From an uncultured delta proteobacterium (GTDB lineage Bacteria; Myxococcota_A; Polyangia; Polyangiales; Polyangiaceae): a stretch of 64,000 bases of DNA. Each line of letters opens with the position of its first letter. The first letter of the stretch is position 1. The notes beneath the pieces were generated by a model that was given only the letters and a program-made list of their open reading frames with translations, searched no databases and was not told where the DNA came from. The stretch covers positions 1,440,001 to 1,504,000 of the forward strand of contig CAWJCS010000003.1 of NCBI GenBank assembly GCA_963841435.1, written 5' to 3'. Positions 30,399 through 39,140 of this stretch are shown here, in pieces. The position numbers and the translations under genes were made by a program.

Positions 30399-33300
30399 TC
30401 ATGGCGTGTGAGCAGGCTGGATGGGCACGGCGAGATGGGTGATTCGCCCGGCGTACTCGGGGACCCAGGTGATCGTGAGGTTGCCGCTGCCGGGGGAGCT
30501 TGCGGACCCCGAGCTCACGAACATCGCGTAGGCCCTGAGCGGCTCGGTACCGGTGCCGTAGAACTGGGGCATCGCGAAGGTTTCGTTGGCCGTGAGCCCG
30601 GAGGGAGCGATGGTCCAGGTGGGACAGCCCGCCGTCGTCACGTTCACGGGGCAGTCGTTGGTCGGCGTCCACATCGCCACAACGAAGCTGTACACGCGCG
30701 AGCCCGGGGTCGCGATGTTCAGGGTGTTGCCGATGGTGAAGGGCTCGCTCGGGTCCGGCGAGCCGACGGTGCCCCCGGCCTTGGTCCCGAGGGGGCTCGA
30801 CTGGTCAACACCGGTCAGCTCCAGCACGTTCGCCGCGATCGAGCTCGGGCTCGGCGACGAGGCGCCGTTGATGACGACCTGCTGGTTGTTCGTCTTCGAC
30901 CCGATGCCGGAGTTGGTGAGCGTGTAAAAGAAGATCGACGGACCCCACCAGTCGTTGACGCCTGCTTGCTCGGCCGCGAGCGTCATCCCCGTACCGCCGT
31001 AGGTGACGCTGTCGGGCCGCGCGCCATTGACTCCGTTGCCACCGCTCACCGACCCGACCGCAACCAGAATCAAGCGATTGGCTCCGGCTTGGAGGGAGTG
31101 CGTCAGCGTCAGCGTGTTGCCCGAGACCTGCCCGTCAACGTCGTTCACGAGCGTGACGGTCGCCTGGCAGCGAGTGCTCGAGCCCTGCACGCAGCTCGAC
31201 GTGTTGCCGCTGCAAGCCGTGCCGCAGGCACCGCAGTTCGTGTCGGCGTTGAGCTGCGTGAGGCAGCCATTCTCGGGACTCGAGCAGGCCCCCCAGCCGG
31301 CCTCACAGCTCGGACTGCACGAGCCCGACGAGCAGCTCGACGCCGTGGAGTGGCGATTCGGCGAGCCGCTCGTGCCGAACAGGCACTGCTGGCCGCAAGC
31401 GCCGCAGTTCGAGGCGTTCTGCGTCGTCTCGCAGCCGTCGTTCGCCGACCCAAAGTTGCAATCGAGCCGGTTGCTGCTGCAGGTGAGCACGCAGCGGCCC
31501 TGCGAGTCGCAGCTCGCACCCGAGGCGTTCGCCGTGCTGCACGCCGTGCAACCGCCGCAATGGGCCTCGTTGCCGGCTCCTGTCGTCGCTGTCTCGCAAC
31601 CGTTCGTCGGGTTCGAGTCGCAGCTCGCGTGCGTGGAGTTGCAGGTGGGCACGCAGGTGCCGCTCCCGTTGCAGGTCGTGCTCGTAGTGCCCGCGCTCGA
31701 GCACGACGTGCTGCAGCCGCCGCAGTGGGTGACGGCCGAGCTGCCGGTGGTGGCCGTTTCGCACCCGTTCGGCACGTTCATGTCGCAGCTCGCGTGCGTT
31801 GCGTCACAGCTCAGCATGCATGTGCCACCGACGCACGAGTTCGTCCCACCGACTGTCTGGCACGCCGTCGAACAGTCACCGCAGTGCTGGTCGCTGTTGG
31901 TGAGGTTCGTCTCGCAGCCGTTCGCCGACGTGCAGTCGTCGAAGTCTTGCGCGCACTTATCGAGCTCGCAGGCGCCGTCCACGCACTTTCCCGTGGCGTT
32001 CTGGAACACCGTGTCGCACTGCACCCCGGCGGAACCGCAGCCGCCGCAGCTGTCCTTGTCCGTCGAGATCTGACGCTCGCAGCCGTTGTCGTAGTCGCCG
32101 TCGCAATCGCCGTAGCCGGTCTGACAGCCCATGACCTGGCATTCGCCGTCGACGCACGTCGCCGTCCCGTTGGCGGCCGAACATTTGTTGCCACAGGCTC
32201 CGCAATTGTCCACGGAATCGTCGGTGTTGACCTCGCAGCCGTCGTCGTAGCCGCCGTCCGAGTTGTCGCTGTTGCAGTTGGCCCAGCCGCCGTCACAGTC
32301 GCTGACGACGCAGCCGTCGTCGGGGTCGCACGCGGGCGTGCCGTGAGCAACGCTGCAGAGGCCTCCGCAGCGACCGCAGCTCGTGATGTCGGACGTGAGG
32401 TCCTGCTCGCAGCCGTCGCCCGGATCACCGTTGCAGTTGCCGAACCCCGGGTCGCACGTCGTCTGGCCGCACTCGCCGTCGAGACAATAGGCCGTCTTGC
32501 CGGCGTCCTCCGGGCATTCGGTGTCGCAGCCGCCGCAGTGCGCGACGTCGTTCGCTACCGTGCTCTCGCAGCCGTCCTTGGTGTCGTCGTTGCAGTCCTC
32601 GAAGCCCTTGTCGCAGGCGATCCTGCAGGCGGAGTCCTCGCACGAGGGCTTTCCATGGGTGTCGGGGCACTCGCTGCCGCACGCTCCGCAATCCCCGGCG
32701 CTCGCGCTGGTGTCCGTCTCGCACCCGTCCGAGGGATCGTTGTTGCAGTCGTCCCAGGGCGGCTCACAGCTCGCTAGCTCGCACTCGCCTCCCGAGCAGG
32801 CCGCCACGGCGTGGTCGAATTCACAGGCGTTGTCACAGGAGCCGCAATGGTCGACGGAGGTGAGCAGGTTCGTCTCGCACTCGTCGCTGAGGTCGGCGTC
32901 ACACTCGCCGCGACCCTGGACGCAGAAGACGACGCAGCGCATCGTGTCTTCGTCGCAGACGCCGCTCGTGCAGTCGCTCGAGACGAGGCAAGGTGAGCCG
33001 GGCGGACAGGGGTCGCAGGTGCCGCCGCAGTCGCGCGCGGTTTCGTTACCGTTCTTGACGCCGTCGGTACAAGTGGCACCGGCGCAGTAGCCGTCCTCGC
33101 AGATCGAGCTCTTGCAGTCGCCGGGGACCAGGCAGAGCTGCCCCGCCTCGCAGGGCTTGCAGTCACCGCCACAGTCGATGTCGGTTTCCTTGCCGTCGAG
33201 GACTTCGTTGTCGCAACCAGGCTCCTGACAGAAACCTTCGATGCACTGCCCCTGGCGACAATCCAACGCCACCCCGCAGCCCATACCGAGGTCGCACCCG

Positions 33301-33494
33301 CGACAGGGGCCGCCGCAGTCCCTGTCGGTCTCCCCGGTGGCCGGCTCGAACAGATCGTTTTCGCAGTGACCCGCGGCAGGCGGGTTCGGAACGAAGCGAT
33401 AGTCCGGAGACGAGCACGCGACGGCGAGCGCGAGTCCAGCCAAGCTCCGAAGCACGGCACGCAGGCCGAACGTTCGAAAAGGCAGCACCGTCAC
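30399..33494 (-). CDS. Second Cys-rich repeat lipoprotein with the same C-terminal tip domain
   Basis: Lipobox LAVAC followed by SSPDY (as in 24422..29126); ETDxDCGG repeats, then DGCE repeats; C-terminal domain homologous to that of 24422..29126. Confidence 0.87.
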   Translation of the reverse strand: MTVLPFRTFGLRAVLRSLAGLALAVACSSPDYRFVPNPPAAGHCENDLFEPATGETDRDCGGPCRGCDLGMGCGVALDCRQGQCIEGFCQEPGCDNEVLDGKETDIDCGGDCKPCEAGQLCLVPGDCKSSICEDGYCAGATCTDGVKNGNETARDCGGTCDPCPPGSPCLVSSDCTSGVCDEDTMRCVVFCVQGRGECDADLSDECETNLLTSVDHCGSCDNACEFDHAVAACSGGECELASCEPPWDDCNNDPSDGCETDTSASAGDCGACGSECPDTHGKPSCEDSACRIACDKGFEDCNDDTKDGCESTVANDVAHCGGCDTECPEDAGKTAYCLDGECGQTTCDPGFGNCNGDPGDGCEQDLTSDITSCGRCGGLCSVAHGTPACDPDDGCVVSDCDGGWANCNSDNSDGGYDDGCEVNTDDSVDNCGACGNKCSAANGTATCVDGECQVMGCQTGYGDCDGDYDNGCERQISTDKDSCGGCGSAGVQCDTVFQNATGKCVDGACELDKCAQDFDDCTSANGCETNLTNSDQHCGDCSTACQTVGGTNSCVGGTCMLSCDATHASCDMNVPNGCETATTGSSAVTHCGGCSTSCSSAGTTSTTCNGSGTCVPTCNSTHASCDSNPTNGCETATTGAGNEAHCGGCTACSTANASGASCDSQGRCVLTCSSNRLDCNFGSANDGCETTQNASNCGACGQQCLFGTSGSPNRHSTASSCSSGSCSPSCEAGWGACSSPENGCLTQLNADTNCGACGTACSGNTSSCVQGSSTRCQATVTLVNDVDGQVSGNTLTLTHSLQAGANRLILVAVGSVSGGNGVNGARPDSVTYGGTGMTLAAEQAGVNDWWGPSIFFYTLTNSGIGSKTNNQQVVINGASSPSPSSIAANVLELTGVDQSSPLGTKAGGTVGSPDPSEPFTIGNTLNIATPGSRVYSFVVAMWTPTNDCPVNVTTAGCPTWTIAPSGLTANETFAMPQFYGTGTEPLRAYAMFVSSGSASSPGSGNLTITWVPEYAGRITHLAVPIQPAHTP

Positions 33495-33520
33495 TAAGAT
33501 AACAGCGTTTCGGCCGCGCG

Positions 33521-34822
33521 TCAGCTTCCGCGCATCAAGTCCACGTACTTACGAATGGCCGCTTTCGCCTCGTCAGGGGCGTTCTCGAACTCGAAGCCCG
33601 TGGCATGTCAACCGGCCCTGCCTGTCTTGGTCCAGCGCGACACGGCGGTCGTCCGGCAGATCCGCCCCGTGATGGGCTCCGCGAAGCGAAACTCACCGCC
33701 GTCTCCGGCGGCGATGCCGCGGGCCGCGATGAACTGCACCCCACCCTCGGAAATCTCCTCGACCTGACCCGCGATCGTCTCTCCCGTCGCGAGGGTGAGC
33801 TGTGCCGGCGTGGTGTACGGCGCGCGCGGGAACCGGCGCTTGCCCGTCGCCGGCGTCACACCGGCGGCAGCACCCGCGGGCATCGAGCGAGCGACCGGCG
33901 TGTCGGCAAGTGTGTGCTTGTTGGAGCCGTCAGCGTCCGCCGTGGGCGGCGGACCGACATCCGGAGCGCCGACGAGCTCGACGAGCCCTTCGCGCACCTC
34001 CTCCATGCTTTGAAAGCGATTCGCAGGGTCACGCGCGAGGCAGCGCTCGACGATCGAGACGAGCTCCTTCGGCACGTCGGGACGCAGCGCCGCAAGCGAG
34101 GGCAACGACTTGGTCGATACCTGAACGAGCACCTCGGCGTAGCGGCCCTCGAACGGGACGGCGCCCGTCAAGAGCTCGAAGAGCACGACGCCGAGCGAGT
34201 ACACGTCGACGCGGTGATCCTGCTCGCCGTGGAGCTCGAGCGCCTCGGGCGCCATGTATTCGGGCGTGCCGACGATGGCACCCTCCTGGGTGAGCTTCTG
34301 CGCGGGCGCGGTGTGCGGCGCGTCGAGCATGCGCGCGATGCCGAAGTCGAAGAGCTTGACACCGCCCGAGCCGGCGGGCGTTGCGAACAGATTGTCGGGC
34401 TTGAGGTCCCGGTGGACGACGCCTCGCGCGTGACAGTGGCCGACAATCTGGGCGGTGCGCGCGCCGATGAGCGACACATCTTCCCAACCGAGCTTGGCGC
34501 GCGCCGCGAGCAAGCCGCCGAGCGTGCGGCCCTCGATGAGCTCGAGCACGAGATACGGCGCCGGGCCGTGTCTCCCTGCGTCGAGGATGTCGACGACGCC
34601 AGGATGCCTCGCCCGCGCGAGAGCGTCACCCTCGCGGAGCAGTCGCTCGTGAACGGCGGGGTCGCGTTCGCGGTCGCGGCGCGGCATCTTGAGCGCCACC
34701 TCGCGCCCCGTGACCCGATGGGTCGCGGCGTAGAGCTCGGCGGTTCCACCCGCCGCTATGAAGCGGCGGACCACGTAGCGGTGTTCGACGACGATCCCAG
34801 GCTCGAGCGGCGCGCCTTCCAT
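33521..34822 (-). CDS. Cytoplasmic Ser/Thr kinase with C-terminal PilZ domain, interrupted by an in-frame TGA at 33608-33610
   Basis: VALK, HRDLKPDN, DFGIAR, GTPEYMAPE; PilZ-like KRRFPRAPY and EISEGG; the reading frame continues past TGA as HATGFEFENAPDEAKAAIRKYVDLMRGS to TGA at 33521. Confidence 0.88.
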
Positions 34823-34962
34823 AGATACCCCTAGTAATAACGGACATTTTGACGCTAGCATAAGGGCTCGTCTCTCGCTCGGATCTTCGCCGGAGCGCGG
34901 CGAGTAGCGAAATGCGCGACGGAACGCCCACACGTGCCCACCGTGCACTACCCGTGAGGCGC

Positions 34963-36723
34963 ATGCTCGGCGGTTTTCCTGGCTGGGCGTGGTGGCTCGT
35001 CGCCCTGTTCGCGCTCCTCTGCCACGCCTTCTGGGAGGGGCACGGGCTTTTCGATCCCGCGTTCCGAAACCCCAACGTCGCAGGCATCGCGTACAACGCA
35101 CGACTGCTCGCGTCCGGCGCGTTGCCCTACGTCGCGTCCAGCGACATCAAGCCGCCCGGCGCGTTCTTCCTGTTCACACCGCTGCTCGACCTCGGAGGAA
35201 TGCGCGCCGTGTGGGGCATGGCCGTCTTCTGGGGCGCTTCCTTGTCGATCGCAACCGGCATCCTCGCAGAGCTCGTGTGGGGGCGGGGCGCGGGTCTGCG
35301 GGCGGTGATGCTGCACGCGCTGTGCGCGGCCGTCGCTTCCGACGCGGACATCAACTACTCCTTCTGGATGGCGGCGCCGTTCACGCTGTCCGCCGCCTGC
35401 GCGTGCCACGCCACGCGGGTCCTGGTCGCTCGTCGCGCCAACGTTTCCTGGGCGCTCTGCGGCGCGCTCGCGATGCTCGCCGTCGCCATCAAGCCTTCGG
35501 CGTGGCCGCTCGCCCTGCTCTTCGCGGCGCTGCTCGGACGCGAGGTCCTGCGCGGCAACCGGAAACGCGCGGCGCTCGGCGCACTTTCCGGCGCCGGGGG
35601 CGCCGTGGTCGTCGCGGCGCTCGTCGCGTTGCCGTACGCGGTCTTCGGGGAGTTCGGTGCGCTGGCCGCTGGAATGCGAGACGTTTCCACCTTCGGCAAC
35701 GAGTACGTGGCCGCCGTGCGGGACCCTTCGGGCGGCCGACTTCCCGCGATCTTGCGCGGGCTCCCCTGCTTTGCGGAGCAGATGCCGGGGCCGATGGTCC
35801 TCGCAGCGCTCGGGCTCGGCGGCCTGTTCTCGCACGAGAAACCCCGCGCGCCGCTCGCGCTCGGCGCCTACGCGTTCCTCGTGGCGGCCTTCGTGGGGAC
35901 GACCTTCACGCTGAGGTTTTTCTCGCACGACAACGCGGAGCTGTGGCCGGCGCTCGCTGTGATCGCGGTGCGTCCCGCCGGCGTGCTCGGCAGGGCGCTC
36001 GACGGGTTGAAAGCCGTCGTGGGTCGGCTGCGCGGCGTGCCGCATCGGGTGCGAGCGCTCGCCGTTCCCGCCGTCACCCTGGCCGTGGGCGTCGCCGCGG
36101 CGTGGCCCGGGTTCGAGTCGCGCTGGGGATACGTGCACTGGATGGCGGAGCGCGATCACGAGGTGCACGCGATCTGCGACGGGCTCTCGGATCGGTTGCC
36201 ACCCGGCGAGCCGGTTCTCGCCTGGGGTTGGAACGCTTGGAGCGTGTACGAGCACTGCCAAAGGCGCGCGCCGGGCCGCGTGTTCAAGGTCATCGCTTCG
36301 GTCACCAGCGTGAACACCAACACGTGCAACGCAGGCTTCGGGCCCATGGTGCTGAGGAACGACGCCGGCCCGAGCACTTTCCTCGAGGAGGTCGTGCGGC
36401 ATCCGCCGAGCCTCCTGCTCTGGTCAACCTATTTCGAGGAAATGGGGGGCGACCCACTCGACGGTTGGGCAGCACTCAAGACGTTCATTGGCGAGCGCTA
36501 CGTCGCCGTCGAAGCGCGTGGGCCCTTCGTTGCCTTGTTGCGGAGCGACCTGGTAGACGGCAAGCCCGGTGCGAGCGCTCAGCTCGGGGCGTCGTCCTTC
36601 GAAGCCTCGGGGAGCGGGACGTACGGCTGGTCCGCTCGCGCCGGCTCGGTGTGGACGAGCACGTCACGGACTCCCGAGAACTTGCCCTTGATGGCATCGA
36701 TGACCCAGTGCGTGACGCGGTGA
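34963..36723 (+). CDS. Polytopic membrane protein, probable GT-C (ArnT/PMT-like) glycosyltransferase
   Basis: Many TM helices; LPY...DIKPPG motif after the first helix; AIKP; soluble C-terminal domain with VLAWG. Confidence 0.6.
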   Translation: MLGGFPGWAWWLVALFALLCHAFWEGHGLFDPAFRNPNVAGIAYNARLLASGALPYVASSDIKPPGAFFLFTPLLDLGGMRAVWGMAVFWGASLSIATGILAELVWGRGAGLRAVMLHALCAAVASDADINYSFWMAAPFTLSAACACHATRVLVARRANVSWALCGALAMLAVAIKPSAWPLALLFAALLGREVLRGNRKRAALGALSGAGGAVVVAALVALPYAVFGEFGALAAGMRDVSTFGNEYVAAVRDPSGGRLPAILRGLPCFAEQMPGPMVLAALGLGGLFSHEKPRAPLALGAYAFLVAAFVGTTFTLRFFSHDNAELWPALAVIAVRPAGVLGRALDGLKAVVGRLRGVPHRVRALAVPAVTLAVGVAAAWPGFESRWGYVHWMAERDHEVHAICDGLSDRLPPGEPVLAWGWNAWSVYEHCQRRAPGRVFKVIASVTSVNTNTCNAGFGPMVLRNDAGPSTFLEEVVRHPPSLLLWSTYFEEMGGDPLDGWAALKTFIGERYVAVEARGPFVALLRSDLVDGKPGASAQLGASSFEASGSGTYGWSARAGSVWTSTSRTPENLPLMASMTQCVTR

Positions 36724-37520
36724 GCCTCGACGACGGTGAGCGTGGGCGCGACCTGGATGTGGAGGTCGACGTAGATGCGGCCGGGAATACCACGGGTGCG
36801 GACCTTGTGCGCGCTGGCGACGCCCGGTACCGCACAGGCCACGTGCTCGACGAGATCCGCCTCGAGACGCGCCGAGTCGGCGAGGTAGCCGAGATTCTCG
36901 CGCAGCACGCCGATGCCGGCCCAGGCGATGAATCCCGCGACCGCGACGGCCGCGAAGACGTCGGCGCGCGTGAACCCTAGCCGAACCAGCACGGCGGTCG
37001 CGAGCACGCCGAGCGTCACCAGGACGTCCGAACGCGTGTGCGCCGCATCGCTCACCAAAAAGGGGCTCCCCAGCGCTTCGCCCCGCGAGCGCTCGTAACG
37101 CGAGACGCCCACGTTGACGGCGAGCGTCCCGAGCAGCACGACGAAGGCCATCGCGTCGATCCTGGGAACGGAGCCGCTGCCCGCGGTGAGCTCGCGCACG
37201 CCGCCGCTGACAACGTCGGCGGCCATGCCGAGCAAGCTTATCCCGAGCAGCCCGGCCGCAATCACCTCGAACTTGTGGTGACCGTAAGGATGGCCTCGAT
37301 CCGCAGGTCGGCTGGCGAGCCACAACCCCACGAGCCCGACCAGGTTGTTGGCCGAGTCGGTGAGCGAATGGAAGCCGTCGGCGCGGATCGAGAGGGCGTT
37401 CGCGACGTGACCGTAGGCGATCTTCGCCGCGGCGACGGCGAGGTTCAGCAGCAGCGTTAGCCAGACGACCCGGCGAACGGCGCGGTCCCGATCGTCCTCG
37501 GGGTCCGCGGACGAGGTCAT
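36579..37520 (-). CDS. Cation diffusion facilitator (CDF) transporter
   Basis: SIRADGFHSLTD, PADRGHPYGHHKFE, DAAHTRSD, YVDLHI, EAHRV, LVHTEP. Confidence 0.95.
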   Translation of the reverse strand: MTSSADPEDDRDRAVRRVVWLTLLLNLAVAAAKIAYGHVANALSIRADGFHSLTDSANNLVGLVGLWLASRPADRGHPYGHHKFEVIAAGLLGISLLGMAADVVSGGVRELTAGSGSVPRIDAMAFVVLLGTLAVNVGVSRYERSRGEALGSPFLVSDAAHTRSDVLVTLGVLATAVLVRLGFTRADVFAAVAVAGFIAWAGIGVLRENLGYLADSARLEADLVEHVACAVPGVASAHKVRTRGIPGRIYVDLHIQVAPTLTVVEAHRVTHWVIDAIKGKFSGVRDVLVHTEPARADQPYVPLPEASKDDAPS

Positions 37521-37521
37521 G

Positions 37522-39090
37522 TCAGGGGGTCTTCCTGAGCGTCGCGGCCGTCGCCTTCGCGGCCTTTGCGTACTCGTGCGCGAGTGGCACCGCCGCCGTG
37601 TCGACGGCGTTCGCACCCTTCTCGAGCAACTTCTCGGCCTTGGAAAAGCGCGCCACGATGTCGTCCCAGAACGTGGGATCGTTCTGCCTGGGCGCCAGCT
37701 GGAGGAGGTACGCCGCGTCGAAGGCGGCGCGCCCCGCGTAGCGCGAGCGCCGCGCCACTTCGGCGTCGAGGGCGCTCACGTCACCCGTCCCGTTGACGAA
37801 GGGGCCCTTGACCATGAGCTCGGCCGCGTCCTCGGGGCCGTTGACGAGCGCCTTCGCGATGGCCAAAAGGAGCCTTTTGCCGTCGTCGAGCTTGTCGGTC
37901 GAGAGCAGCGCGCTCGCGCGCTGAAAGGCGCGCGCCCTGAAGTAGCGCTGGCCCAACTCGACGAGGGCGTGCGCGAGAAGCGCGCGAGCCGCCGGAGGTG
38001 CGCCGGGTACCTCCACCTTTTTCTGAAGCTTTGCGGGAAATCCTCGCCCAAGCAGGGCGCGCAGGAGCTTCGTGTCGGTTGGATCCGCATCGGGGACCAG
38101 CTCGCCCATGTAGAAGGTGGGAAGCTGGTTCGCCAGCACGAGCTCGGGCCGCGAGGTGTCGAGCTCGGGCAAATCGGGGAGCATGAGGCGATCGAGCGTG
38201 TCCACGCGGCTCCCGCTCCAGAGCTTGGTGAGCAGCGCACGCGCGCGCTCGACGCGTTCGTCGTGAACGGACCCGATGGCCGCGAAGGCACGCAGCCCCA
38301 CGAGCGCGGCGTCACGACCGCGGACCTTCCGCGGCTCGAGCGCCTCGTCGAGCGCCGCGTAGTACGTCGCTTCGACGGCCTTGTCCGCCTTCATCTCGTC
38401 GGGAAGCGACACCGCGCGGACCATCTCGACGAAGCGCAAGTCGGCGTTGCCCGCTGCGATAGCGGCGACGCCACGGCCGTAGCCACCAAGGTGCGCGCCG
38501 GTGAGCGAGAGCTTCTCGATCGCCGCGGCTTGCGAGAGAACCCACGGCGTTAGCACCTCGGCAAAGAACGCCTGAAAGCGCTGCTTGGTCACGGGGGGCT
38601 CGGGGCTCGGCGGATCGGCGAGCAGGCGCGCAAGCCGCGCCGAGACGACGAGCCCGAGCATCAAGCCCTCGGTCTCGCGGGAAAGCCCTTCCGGAGGGTT
38701 CTCGAGCACGGGCGTCACGAGCGCGTCGGCGCAGCCACTCGGGCCGATCTCGGCGCGCAGGGCGCGCACGAGGCCAGGGGGGAAGTCGGGCAGGTTCTCG
38801 ATGCACGCGAGCGCCGCGTCACTCTGCCCCGAGGGACCGTGCTCGACGGCGGCCGCCAGCGCAACGAGCGCCGGGCCCGAGGGCGCGCAGCCGTTCGTCG
38901 GGTGAGCGGCCAGCGCCTCGCACTCGGCGGGCGGCGGAGGAACCGCGGCCGCCTCGATCCCGGGCTTCTCGGCGACGGGCGGCTCGGGCTCGGGCGCGAC
39001 GGGAGCCGGCGGCGGCACGCTCACCGGCGGCGGCGGGCTCGCGGCACAACCGGCGGCGAGGAAGAGCAGCAGGGCTGCCGAGGGTCGCAT
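37522..39090 (-). CDS. Hypothetical helical lipoprotein
   Basis: MRPSAALLLFLAAGC lipobox, Pro-rich linker, Ala/Leu-rich helical body; stop 1 bp from the CDF start. Confidence 0.7.
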   Translation of the reverse strand: MRPSAALLLFLAAGCAASPPPPVSVPPPAPVAPEPEPPVAEKPGIEAAAVPPPPAECEALAAHPTNGCAPSGPALVALAAAVEHGPSGQSDAALACIENLPDFPPGLVRALRAEIGPSGCADALVTPVLENPPEGLSRETEGLMLGLVVSARLARLLADPPSPEPPVTKQRFQAFFAEVLTPWVLSQAAAIEKLSLTGAHLGGYGRGVAAIAAGNADLRFVEMVRAVSLPDEMKADKAVEATYYAALDEALEPRKVRGRDAALVGLRAFAAIGSVHDERVERARALLTKLWSGSRVDTLDRLMLPDLPELDTSRPELVLANQLPTFYMGELVPDADPTDTKLLRALLGRGFPAKLQKKVEVPGAPPAARALLAHALVELGQRYFRARAFQRASALLSTDKLDDGKRLLLAIAKALVNGPEDAAELMVKGPFVNGTGDVSALDAEVARRSRYAGRAAFDAAYLLQLAPRQNDPTFWDDIVARFSKAEKLLEKGANAVDTAAVPLAHEYAKAAKATAATLRKTP

Positions 39091-39140
39091 GCCGTCGAGC
39101 TTAGGCAAAAGCCGCCGTTCCTGCGCGAGATTCTCCGAGC

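Noticed and set aside
29217-32777. 1186-aa + strand ORF and similar long antisense ORFs (e.g. 19507..21495, 24746..26791, 48590..50953)
   Set aside because: Antisense shadows of well-supported genes, expected in high-GC DNA; no motifs.
33560-33610. Selenocysteine recoding of the in-frame TGA in the PilZ kinase
   Set aside because: No redox-motif context and no convincing SECIS hairpin; error or nonsense mutation is simpler.
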